Below, in pieces: positions 18,324 to 25,616 of a stretch of DNA of 25,616 nt. The stretch spans positions 48,447-74,062 of the forward strand of contig JBHLQM010000008.1 in the NCBI GenBank assembly GCA_048884785.1, read 5' to 3'. Numbering within the stretch: position 1 is the stretch's first letter; each line of letters opens with the position of its first letter. The stretch is from Candidatus Thorarchaeota archaeon (GTDB lineage Archaea > Asgardarchaeota > Thorarchaeia > Thorarchaeales > Thorarchaeaceae). The notes beneath the pieces were generated by a model. The model was given only the letters and a program-made list of their open reading frames with translations, was not told where the DNA came from and ran no database searches. A program made the position numbers and the translations under genes.

Positions 18324-19223
18324 CTAGAAGTCATATGGAAGAGACTCACATATGTCTCCTTCCATGAAATGTGTCAAAGTAACAGCATTGTTTTCAATTC
18401 GGATTTCTGCTATTGCATCTCGAATGAGCGAAGAAAAATCATCATCCGGCGGACGCCCATAGCCCAGCGGGACTGTTATCGCGGTGAGACCATTAACTGA
18501 AGCCTGCTTTCTGATGTGGCTGTGACCTGAAATTGAAAGAATTACTCGCTTGTCACTCGTTAGAATTTGTCCGGTGCTTTCAGCACCCATGAATGCAGAG
18601 AAGTAATCCCATGGAAGGCTATTCCTATACAAGATTAGCTCTCGGAATGGGAGATGATGCGATATGTAAGCAATGGATTTGACTTGACTCGGGAGAGTGG
18701 AAAGATCATACTTCAATTTGCCATTCACGAGCTCTGTGAACTCCAGATCTGTGTATGACCAGTCAATCGAATAATAGTCCCTCCAATAGGCGCCTTGCCA
18801 GTGTTTCTCTCTATAGTTATCTTCTGAAATTTTTAGGTCCTCACGTTTGAATGAATAATCATACCATCCCAGACTGCCAACAAAGGCTAGTTTATCGATC
18901 ACAAAAGGCTCATCTGGAAGATGTATGAAATTTGCGCGCCTACATACCTCTCCAATTGTGTGGGAGTATTTCTCAAGAGAACCCAGATTCTTTGCGTCTT
19001 CGAACCATATGTCGTGGTTTCCAGCCACATAGAGATTAGTTGAATCGGGGAGAGCTAATTCTTTGAGGACGGTTTCAAGTACATCAATTCTATCAGAGAT
19101 GTCTCCAGCAATAATAAGGACATCCGGAGAAATGTCAGCCAAGCGGTCTCTGAGTCCTTCAATCAATGCATCATCTTTGCTATCTGAACGAATGTGAATG
19201 TCTGAGAGAGCTGCTAGCTTCAA
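18324..19223 (-). CDS. Calcineurin-like metallophosphoesterase
   Basis: SDIH, AGDI, AGNHD, GWYDYSF, SHHLP, SGHSH. Confidence 0.92.
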   Translation of the reverse strand: MKLAALSDIHIRSDSKDDALIEGLRDRLADISPDVLIIAGDISDRIDVLETVLKELALPDSTNLYVAGNHDIWFEDAKNLGSLEKYSHTIGEVCRRANFIHLPDEPFVIDKLAFVGSLGWYDYSFKREDLKISEDNYREKHWQGAYWRDYYSIDWSYTDLEFTELVNGKLKYDLSTLPSQVKSIAYISHHLPFRELILYRNSLPWDYFSAFMGAESTGQILTSDKRVILSISGHSHIRKQASVNGLTAITVPLGYGRPPDDDFSSLIRDAIAEIRIENNAVTLTHFMEGDICESLPYDF

Positions 19224-19381
19224 GCAGAAACCTCCTCTTTGCTTCTTGGGCGGTGCGAGCTTCTGTTTTAATCCAATTGGTTTGAAACTTTCTGATTCTA
19301 TCAGAAAAGAGATGACAAATGCTAACTTTGATATTGCCTAATGCACAGGCCGACGATAGTATCTCGATGGTGAGAAGAACG

Positions 19382-21028
19382 ATGAGTAACAGAATAAAAG
19401 CGATAGCCCCTGGAAAGGCGGACCTTTCCACTATGAAGGCTGTCACAGACCAGGCAGATATTACAGATACATATGCTCTCTATCTTGATGACGAGAGTCA
19501 CTCATTTGCTGGACAGACAGAGAAGATTGTGTTCCCTGAAAATGAGAACCAAGTTGCTGCTGTTATTAAAGAGGCATATCAAAAAGGAGAGCCTATCACA
19601 ATTCAGGGCGGACGCACAGGTCTTACCGGTGCAGCTGTACCGATTGGTGGTTTGACTCTTAATTTTGAGAAGATGAATAGACTGTTGTATATGAAGTATA
19701 ACGAGCAGGGCGGAATATATACGATAGCAGCCGAGGCCGGTGCACTCCTTGAAGACCTTGTGAAGGCTGTTACCAATAAGAGCCTTGATTCGATAAAGGG
19801 CAAGGGCACTCCAGACGAACAGACTGCTCTGGGGAAGTTCTTGGCTGAAAAGAAAGACTTCACTTTTCCTGTAGACCCCACCGAAATGAGCGCATGGATT
19901 GGAGGTATAACCGCATGCAATGCATCTGGTGCAAAGTCCTTCAAGTATGGTGCGACCAGAGAATGGGTATTCAGAATCAGAGTTATACTAACGAATGGGG
20001 ATATTCTGGATATTGAGAGAGGAAGATACACTGCTAGGGATGGGAAGTTCGAAATTGAACAGACCAATGGCTCGATAATTGAAATAGAAATTCCCACATA
20101 TACAATGCCAAACACAAAGAATGCTGCAGGACTCTTTGCCAAACCCGACATGGATCTTATTGACCTGTTTATTGGCTCAGAAGGAATTCTTGGAGCAATT
20201 ACTATGGTAGAATTGGGATTGGTTAGCCTTCCTGAGAATATCATGACTGTCATGGCATTCTTCCCTAGTGAAGATGATGCAGTGAACTTTGTTTACGCTA
20301 TTCGTGGGCCAGATACTCCTGTGAAAATGGACTTTCTAGAGTATTTTGATCCAAATGCAATAGAGATGATCAAGCAAAAAGCCGCGTCTTCTGGAATCAA
20401 GGTACCTGCTCTTACCGAGCAGACCAAGGCAATTGTTTGGTTTGAGTTTGAGTATACAGAAGAGGAAATGGAAGAAAAAATCATGGGCCTTGAGGAGGTC
20501 CTGGTGAAAAGCAACAGCTCTTCCGAATCTAGTTGGGCAGGACTTGACCGCTCAGAGCTGCAGAAGATGAAAACAGTGCGACACTTTGTTCCTGAAACTG
20601 TCAATGCGCTGATAGCGCAGAGGAAAGCCGAATATCCCAAGGTTCACAAGATTGGTACAGATATGGCGGTTCCTGATGAACCACTGAGGGACTACATCAG
20701 ATACTATCGCGATGTGCTCGAGGCTCAAGGCATGGAATTTGTCATATTTGGGCATATAGGAAACAATCACCTCCACTGCAATATGCTCCCACGTAATAAC
20801 GAGGAAGTAGACCAAGGAATGGACAACTACATGACCTTCGCAAAGCGTGCTGTCGAGCTGGGTGGAACGGTTGCAGCTGAACATGGGATTGGCAAACTCA
20901 AGCGAGCCTTTCTTGAAGTCATGTATGGAGATAAAGGGATTCAAGAGATGCAGGCTGTGAAGAGAGCACTTGACCCACAATGGCTCCTCAATCGCGGCAA
21001 TATGATCAGTGTTCCAGCAGACAAGTAA
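19382..21028 (+). CDS. FAD-linked oxidoreductase (GlcD/D-lactate dehydrogenase family)
   Basis: QGGRTGLTGAAVP, DPTEMSAWIGG..NASG, FIGSEGILG, FGHIGNNHLH, AEHGIGKLK. Likely start ATG 19382. Confidence 0.92.
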   Translation: MSNRIKAIAPGKADLSTMKAVTDQADITDTYALYLDDESHSFAGQTEKIVFPENENQVAAVIKEAYQKGEPITIQGGRTGLTGAAVPIGGLTLNFEKMNRLLYMKYNEQGGIYTIAAEAGALLEDLVKAVTNKSLDSIKGKGTPDEQTALGKFLAEKKDFTFPVDPTEMSAWIGGITACNASGAKSFKYGATREWVFRIRVILTNGDILDIERGRYTARDGKFEIEQTNGSIIEIEIPTYTMPNTKNAAGLFAKPDMDLIDLFIGSEGILGAITMVELGLVSLPENIMTVMAFFPSEDDAVNFVYAIRGPDTPVKMDFLEYFDPNAIEMIKQKAASSGIKVPALTEQTKAIVWFEFEYTEEEMEEKIMGLEEVLVKSNSSSESSWAGLDRSELQKMKTVRHFVPETVNALIAQRKAEYPKVHKIGTDMAVPDEPLRDYIRYYRDVLEAQGMEFVIFGHIGNNHLHCNMLPRNNEEVDQGMDNYMTFAKRAVELGGTVAAEHGIGKLKRAFLEVMYGDKGIQEMQAVKRALDPQWLLNRGNMISVPADK

Positions 21029-21036
21029 TAGAATAA

Positions 21037-21075
21037 TCCAGCCTGGTTTTGAGTTCGCTCAAAATCAGGGCTGGA
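21037..21075. terminator. Long hairpin with a TTCG tetraloop between convergent genes
   Basis: TCCAGCCTGGTTTTGAG-ttcg-CTCAAAATCAgGGCTGGA. Confidence 0.75.
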
Positions 21076-21101
21076 GTCTTTCATTGTTTATGAAGAAATA
21101 C

Positions 21102-21374
21102 TTACGAGAGAATTTGCCGTTCGACTTCCCTCATTTTGATGCAGATATCAGGTTCTTCTCTGCACAATTGCTGTATACTCTTTATTCCTAAGGCTTTCCA
21201 GTATTTGATCAAGGCATTCTCCAGAGGAACACCATTGTCTTCGCACTCACGTACAGTATTCTTGAAACCTGTAACGAGGTCCTCTATCGATGCCTTCTTG
21301 ATCTTCGTTCGAGCCCAGAAGTCACAATTTCGTCCCTTGCATGGCCCGTGAACCATTGTGCAGTAATACGCCAC
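21102..21374 (-). CDS. Hypothetical Cys-rich protein (90 aa)
   Basis: YCTMVHGPCKGRNCDFW N-terminus and LCREEPDIC. GTG start. It converges on the 21037 hairpin. Confidence 0.7.
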   Translation of the reverse strand: MAYYCTMVHGPCKGRNCDFWARTKIKKASIEDLVTGFKNTVRECEDNGVPLENALIKYWKALGIKSIQQLCREEPDICIKMREVERQILS

Positions 21375-21487
21375 TTCTAGACAGCCTCGCAGTAGATTGG
21401 AACACTTGAAGATGTGCTTTAATGATTACTATGTAGTCAAATGTGTCTGGCATTATTATAGCACTTGAAATGTCATTTTTTCGTGAG

Positions 21488-21504
21488 CAAAAACCCTTTA
21501 GTAC
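21488..21504 (+). promoter_or_regulatory. BRE/TATA-like promoter
   Basis: CAAAAACCC-TTTAGTAC, centred about 25 nt upstream of the 5' end of the 21524 stem. Confidence 0.5.
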
Positions 21505-21523
21505 AACTATGCTCTATACTTTT

Positions 21524-21610
21524 GTTGGTGGGCTGCTTGCAGGGACAGTCATGGTACTAACCTAACAATGTACCACACCCATAAATGACGCCCAGCTGGC
21601 TCCCACCAGC
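21524..21610 (+). ncRNA. Candidate ~87-nt structured RNA with paired 5'/3' ends
   Basis: Nested helices GTTGGTGGG/CCCACCAGC, GCT/AGC, GGG/CCC, GTCAT/ATGAC and GGTAC/GTACC. G-U pairs favour the + strand. Confidence 0.55.
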
Positions 21611-21692
21611 TGCTGCTTCTCTGTTGCACCTAGCTGTGAATTAATAATCGAGAAGTTATGCTCAATGATGAGAACGTTTGGATGTCTGACAG

Positions 21693-22025
21693 ATGGATAG
21701 TGAACATCAGAACAGCACAGGACCTGTCATTGACAAGGAAAAAAAGGTAGTTTCGAGAATGATTCGCCTCTATTGTCAGAAGAAGCATTCAACATCTTCA
21801 GGAACTCTCTGTGAGGAGTGTCAAGCATTAGAAGAATACTCTCATCATCGCCTTGACCAATGTAGATATGGAGAAGAAAAGACCACCTGTCGAAAATGTC
21901 CAACTCATTGCTATAAGCCTGAGATGAGAGAGAAGATACGTTCGGTTATGCGATTCTCTGGACCTCGCCTAGCACTTCGTGCACCTATGGATTGGGTTCG
22001 TCACCAGATTCATGACAGAGATTAG
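21693..22025 (+). CDS. YgbA-like (nitrous oxide-stimulated promoter family) Cys-rich protein
   Basis: EKKVV..MIRLYC..KH, LCEECQAL..Y...RLDQC, CRKCPTHCYKP, VMRFSGPR. Confidence 0.9.
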   Translation: MDSEHQNSTGPVIDKEKKVVSRMIRLYCQKKHSTSSGTLCEECQALEEYSHHRLDQCRYGEEKTTCRKCPTHCYKPEMREKIRSVMRFSGPRLALRAPMDWVRHQIHDRD

Positions 22026-22099
22026 GTTTTTCTGAAACGGGGTTGACTCACCTATCCGAAGAGTCATATTGGAAGTTGAGAGGTAATCGGGTGATATCC

Positions 22100-22273
22100 A
22101 TGGACCAAGAAGACACGGTTGAAATGTCAATAGATGGCATAGGAACTCAGCAGGAGCCGCTCTGTCCATTCTGTAAATACCAAGGTACGAAAAAGGGAAG
22201 TGCGATCCTCTTTCTGGTCTGGGTTTTAGCACCGGTTCTATTATTGCTTCTAGTATTGTTCTCAGAAATGTAG
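22100..22273 (+). CDS. Small tail-anchored membrane protein with a CxxC motif (57 aa)
   Basis: ATG 22100 preceded by a GGGTGA SD. LCPFCK, then a C-terminal TM helix. Confidence 0.55.
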   Translation: MDQEDTVEMSIDGIGTQQEPLCPFCKYQGTKKGSAILFLVWVLAPVLLLLLVLFSEM

Positions 22274-22328
22274 GCAAGATTTGCCCTACTGGTAGGAAAG
22301 AGGAAAATTTACCCTCTTTCATTTGGGC

Positions 22329-22336
22329 TTTATATA
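22329..22336 (+). promoter_or_regulatory. TATA box
   Basis: Consensus TTTATATA upstream of the 22386/22434 gene. Confidence 0.65.
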
Positions 22337-22385
22337 AACGGGAGATATTCATCACAGAGGAAGAACCCTCTGGGAGGAAATATAG

Positions 22386-22745
22386 CTGGATACCACCACT
22401 GGCGCGCTAACTTTTGGAAAGGACTGGCATCAGATGCTCAGATTCTTGGCAGATTCGGAGCATGTTATTGACATATACCTCTGTGCCAATGCCTTCGGAA
22501 ATATTGATGATAAGCCACAAATGTCAAGCGAGACTCATGGCGTTCGTGTCATCTATGTAGGTGAAGACTATGTCATTGTTGGACCAAGGCGACCAATCCA
22601 CTCAAGCATTATTCCGCTTGGATGGATATCAATGATTAGAATACACGAAGCGCAGGAAACGGCCACCATGCCTGAACTCATTGGAGAAGATGAAGATCTC
22701 AGCTCTCTATCAGAAGGTGATATCGAAGGATTTGAGATGACGTAG
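22386..22745 (+). CDS. Hypothetical protein, possible Sm-like/SH3-like beta-barrel with an acidic tail
   Basis: VRVIYVGEDYVIV...IIPLGWISMIRI. The frame is open back to CTG 22386, which is preceded by GGAGGA. The first ATG is at 22434. Confidence 0.65.
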   Translation: MDTTTGALTFGKDWHQMLRFLADSEHVIDIYLCANAFGNIDDKPQMSSETHGVRVIYVGEDYVIVGPRRPIHSSIIPLGWISMIRIHEAQETATMPELIGEDEDLSSLSEGDIEGFEMT

Positions 22746-22757
22746 AATGGAATGCAA

Positions 22758-23561
22758 CTACCAATCAGGAGCGAAGTAGGGATCTACGATACGTTCCTCA
22801 TCGGTGATTGACTCAATCAGCTGAATATCACTGGGAGCCAGTTTAACATCAAGGGCCTCAAGGTTCTCTCGCTGATGTTGCTCGCTCGAAGCCTTGGGGA
22901 TGGTCAAGACATTATCCTTGCTCAACAACCAAGCAAGACAGACCTGAGCTGTACTGATCCCTTGACGTTCAGCTATCTCCTTCACTTCAGGGATGTCATG
23001 GATTAATCCTCTACCTAGTGGACTATATGCAACAAGATACATGTCGTGGTTCTTTGTATATTCGACCATCTCCCTCTGCTGCAATAATGGATGCATCTCT
23101 ACTTGATTTGCTATGAGATCATTCTTTGAGATTGCTAATGCCTCATCAAGCAGAGGGGGAGTGAAGTTGCTCACGGCAATGTGTTTAGTCAGTCCCTCCT
23201 CCATGACTTCATTCAGTGCAATCAAGGTCACTTCCGGTTCATAGGTTTCGGCGGGCCAGTGAATATAGAGAAGATCTACAAAATCAACCCCTAGCTTATT
23301 CAGACTCTCAGAAGCCATTCTTTTCAGATCGTCAGGTTGGAGATAGCTCGGAGATATCTTTGTGGCTAAAAAGAGCTCCTCACGCGAAATCCCGGACTCC
23401 CTGATACCAAGTCCAACTAGTTCTTCATTGAAATACAGCTGAGCAGTGTCTATGTGTCTGTACCCCATTTGAATTGCCTTTGCAATACTCTGAGGAGTAG
23501 TCCTGGGATCCTTGCTCTCCCATGTACCAAGTCCAATTCTAGGAATCTTTACACTGGGCAT
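22758..23561 (-). CDS. Aldo/keto reductase
   Basis: IGLGTW, GYRHIDTAQLY, LATK, DLLYIHWP, AVSNF, NQVEMHP, AYSPLG, IPKAS. Confidence 0.96.
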   Translation of the reverse strand: MPSVKIPRIGLGTWESKDPRTTPQSIAKAIQMGYRHIDTAQLYFNEELVGLGIRESGISREELFLATKISPSYLQPDDLKRMASESLNKLGVDFVDLLYIHWPAETYEPEVTLIALNEVMEEGLTKHIAVSNFTPPLLDEALAISKNDLIANQVEMHPLLQQREMVEYTKNHDMYLVAYSPLGRGLIHDIPEVKEIAERQGISTAQVCLAWLLSKDNVLTIPKASSEQHQRENLEALDVKLAPSDIQLIESITDEERIVDPYFAPDW

Positions 23562-23696
23562 GATTTTCAGGTGTGGATTGGTGATAATTAATTTGATGCT
23601 AGAGTTGTCCTGATTTCGTTATTTCAGGATTGCAGCTTAAACTGTTGAAGAAAAATCAATTCTTGACATCACAGGATGATTCATTATCTAAAGTGA

Positions 23697-24371
23697 ATGA
23701 ATCTTTTGAAGGAGATGCTTGAGTTGACTAATGGCCTTTCAGCAAATAGGAAATTCTTGATTGCTGTGTTCATTGGGATTGTTCTAGCGATAATTTCGTT
23801 TCTGCTCTGGAGAGTAGATCAGACAATTTCGCTAATTGTGTTAGTTGTTGCCATGGCAATTCCAATTGGAGTCTATGCGATGTTCGAAGATCTGGTTGAC
23901 CTTGAAGACTTACTGGATCAACAGGTTGAAACCCATGAGGAGGAGTATGTGGAAGCAGTCAAAGTACCAGCTGCCCCTCTTAGCGATTTACCAATTGAAA
24001 CAATTGAGGGAATTGGAGAATCATATGGGAAGATGCTAAGGAACGGAGGAATTGATACTGTCGCGGATATGATTGCGGCAGACCCTATTAGAATCAAGGA
24101 ACTCACTGGCGTAACTACTCGTAAGGCTGAACGGTGGATTGCGATGAGCCGTTTTGCGTGGCTTGACTCAGTTTCTGAAGAAGATGCTGAAGCGATTGTC
24201 TTTGCAACCAGTATTAGACAGGTGAAGGAACTTGCAAACGCAGATCCATCAGATCTTCTCTCAAAGATTAAGAAAGCTGTTGCAGATGGAAAGGTAGAGG
24301 TGCCTGCGGACTACGAATTCACCTTGGAAATGGCTAAAGCTTGGGTCAACGAGGCGAAACAGAGAATATGA
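23697..24371 (+). CDS. Membrane-anchored DUF4332/helix-hairpin-helix protein
   Basis: Two N-terminal TMs, an acidic linker, then IETIEGIGESYGKMLRNGGIDTVADM. Start is uncertain. Confidence 0.82.
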   Translation: MNLLKEMLELTNGLSANRKFLIAVFIGIVLAIISFLLWRVDQTISLIVLVVAMAIPIGVYAMFEDLVDLEDLLDQQVETHEEEYVEAVKVPAAPLSDLPIETIEGIGESYGKMLRNGGIDTVADMIAADPIRIKELTGVTTRKAERWIAMSRFAWLDSVSEEDAEAIVFATSIRQVKELANADPSDLLSKIKKAVADGKVEVPADYEFTLEMAKAWVNEAKQRI

Positions 24372-24377
24372 AACAAT

Positions 24378-24398
24378 AGGGGCGATGCAACCGCCCCT
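24378..24398 (+). terminator. GC-rich stem-loop after the stop codon
   Basis: AGGGGCG-atgcaac-CGCCCCT. Confidence 0.55.
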
Positions 24399-24484
24399 CG
24401 CTTCTCATGGCCAAAAACCTACGTCATCCGAGATGCAAAACCAACTATTAGGTGAGCGCGCAGTAAATGCTTCTGCTCAGGCAC

Positions 24485-25489
24485 TCAACCTTCAAGCAGT
24501 AGTGGATAATGATCTATACTCTCCGCGTTGCCAGGTATCGTGTACCAGCCAGTACCAGAGTAATCGTGCCAGCTGTTTCCATCTGATACATACTCCCACC
24601 GGTTCTCGCTCCCGTCATCCCATGCATTATGCACTGTATTCCACCCGAGCTTATTACGATACACAATCATCTCTGAAACTGTATCATCAAATCGAATTCC
24701 AATCTCTGAGTTGTATACTATCTCGTTGCCAGCTATGGTCCAATTACCGCTGTGACCCTGAACATCAATTCCGTACGTAGTTCTGGTTATGAGATTCTCG
24801 TCAATCATGCATCGAAATGAGAATTGGGAAAGAATGCCAATTTCACTATACATGATCTCGTTATAATAAACGGACGTAAGATTGCTGGCAACTAAGGTGA
24901 TTCCCCATGTGGTATTAGAGATTAGATTTCCTTCAATTCGGGACCAGTGAGACTCACTCATGTTTATTGCAGACCATGAATATCTCACATCGCATTCCAT
25001 GATGACTCCGTTGTCGGAGTTAAAGAATTCAATACCAGAGCCACCACCCTCTACTCGACAATTCACAACAGATGCGTCAACACAGCTCCCTATGTAGATA
25101 CAAATCCCCCAATTTTCCAAAGTTGCAACCTGAAGCTCACAGTTTCGAATAATGAATGATGCTTCCACATTCTGGATGGAGATGCACGTATATTCAGAAA
25201 CAATGCTCAGGTTTTCAATGATATATGGGTCCGTTTTAATCCCAGAACCTGCAAATCCATGCTCTTGGACCGCTGCAATCATCTCAGTATCCCCCACTAT
25301 GTCAAGTTCTGCATCAACGTCCAAGATTGGATATGGGTTGGTCGTATTCGTTGTACTTGTTGGACCTGTAGGACCAATTGGAATAAGACCAGTATTCAAC
25401 GCATACACCAATCCGGCGGCTGCAATAATTACAATAACAAGGACTGCAATAGATAGCTTTCCAGTCCCTCTGGGATAATTCTCCACCAC
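24485..25489 (-). CDS. Membrane-anchored right-handed parallel beta-helix (NosD/CASH-like) protein
   Basis: N-terminal TM, Thr/Pro linker, GSGIKTDPYIIENLSI, GI-x-x/N-x-I repeats, GNSWHDY, D-H-YPL end. GGGGTGA SD before the GTG. Confidence 0.88.
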   Translation of the reverse strand: MVENYPRGTGKLSIAVLVIVIIAAAGLVYALNTGLIPIGPTGPTSTTNTTNPYPILDVDAELDIVGDTEMIAAVQEHGFAGSGIKTDPYIIENLSIVSEYTCISIQNVEASFIIRNCELQVATLENWGICIYIGSCVDASVVNCRVEGGGSGIEFFNSDNGVIMECDVRYSWSAINMSESHWSRIEGNLISNTTWGITLVASNLTSVYYNEIMYSEIGILSQFSFRCMIDENLITRTTYGIDVQGHSGNWTIAGNEIVYNSEIGIRFDDTVSEMIVYRNKLGWNTVHNAWDDGSENRWEYVSDGNSWHDYSGTGWYTIPGNAESIDHYPLLLEG

Positions 25490-25575
25490 GTTTCACCCCA
25501 TTAATTGTGAGAAATAGTATGGAGAGAATAGGTATTGAATCTACTTTTAGTCGCAGGTACACATAGACTAGGATT

Positions 25576-25594
25576 GGTGCGAGTGATTCGCACC
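25576..25594. terminator. Stem-loop, possibly 3' of a minus-strand gene ending near 25600
   Basis: GGTGCGA-gtgat-TCGCACC. Confidence 0.4.
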
Positions 25595-25616
25595 TCTACC
25601 TATTCAGAAAAATCAG

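Noticed and set aside
18450-18460. 11-nt reverse-complement match (CGGACGCCCAT) to 15356-15366 as an sRNA target or repeat
   Set aside because: A match this short between an ~80-nt query and 25 kb is expected by chance, and it is in the same sense as the mRNA.
3406-20980. Long antisense ORFs (3406-3915, 10378-11088, 13833-14321, 15397-15954, 17071-17487, 19603-20253, 20552-20980 etc.)
   Set aside because: These are shadows of well-supported genes on the opposite strand, with no motifs of their own.
21548-21596. Fluoride riboswitch, suggested by AATGACGCCC
   Set aside because: The 5' GGNGATGGNGTTCRCC element is absent and no fluoride-related gene follows.
21524-21610. tRNA (including tRNA-Pyl/Sec), suggested by the ...CCCACCA end and CTA in a loop
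   Set aside because: No GTTCRA T-loop, no D arm, no 7-bp acceptor stem in the right register, and a 12-nt loop.
24385-25562. ORFs 24385-24780, 25152-25478, 25259-25456 and 25314-25562
   Set aside because: They overlap the beta-helix gene and have no protein-like features.
1-25616. CRISPR array, IS/transposase, integrase, reverse transcriptase/DGR, provirus, rRNA
   Set aside because: No regularly spaced repeats, terminal inverted repeats with target duplications, or hallmark protein motifs were seen.

Overview
Gene-dense archaeal chromosomal window. It is most consistent with an Asgard archaeon (Thorarchaeia-like), inferred from GGTGA/GGAGG ribosome-binding motifs, TATA boxes, a short LRR protein, a longin-like protein, a NosD-type beta-helix surface protein, a DUF4332 HhH protein and a Zfx-like ferredoxin. 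It holds about 28 CDSs, mostly housekeeping or metabolic: short-form AlaRS, PiT+DUF47, two tandem ArsB/NhaD-type permeases, acyl-CoA dehydrogenase, GlcD-like FAD oxidoreductase, SDR, AKR, nitroreductase, RNase Z-like MBL and GNAT. There are also two gene remnants. I found no rRNA, tRNA, CRISPR array, transposase or reverse transcriptase. The best unexplained signals are: (1) two structured intergenic ncRNA candidates, one at 21524-21610 behind a well-placed BRE/TATA-like promoter and one at about 15337-15426 divergent from a C2HC-zinc-finger/Regnase-like NYN nuclease gene; (2) a membrane protein with a probable cytoplasmic winged helix, with a perfect 30-bp palindrome upstream of its gene pair; (3) a 55-aa Cys/His-repeat microprotein missed by the ORF track; (4) longin-like and GRAM/PH-like proteins. 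All family calls come from motif recognition by eye, not from database searches, and no complete novel system is proven from this window alone.
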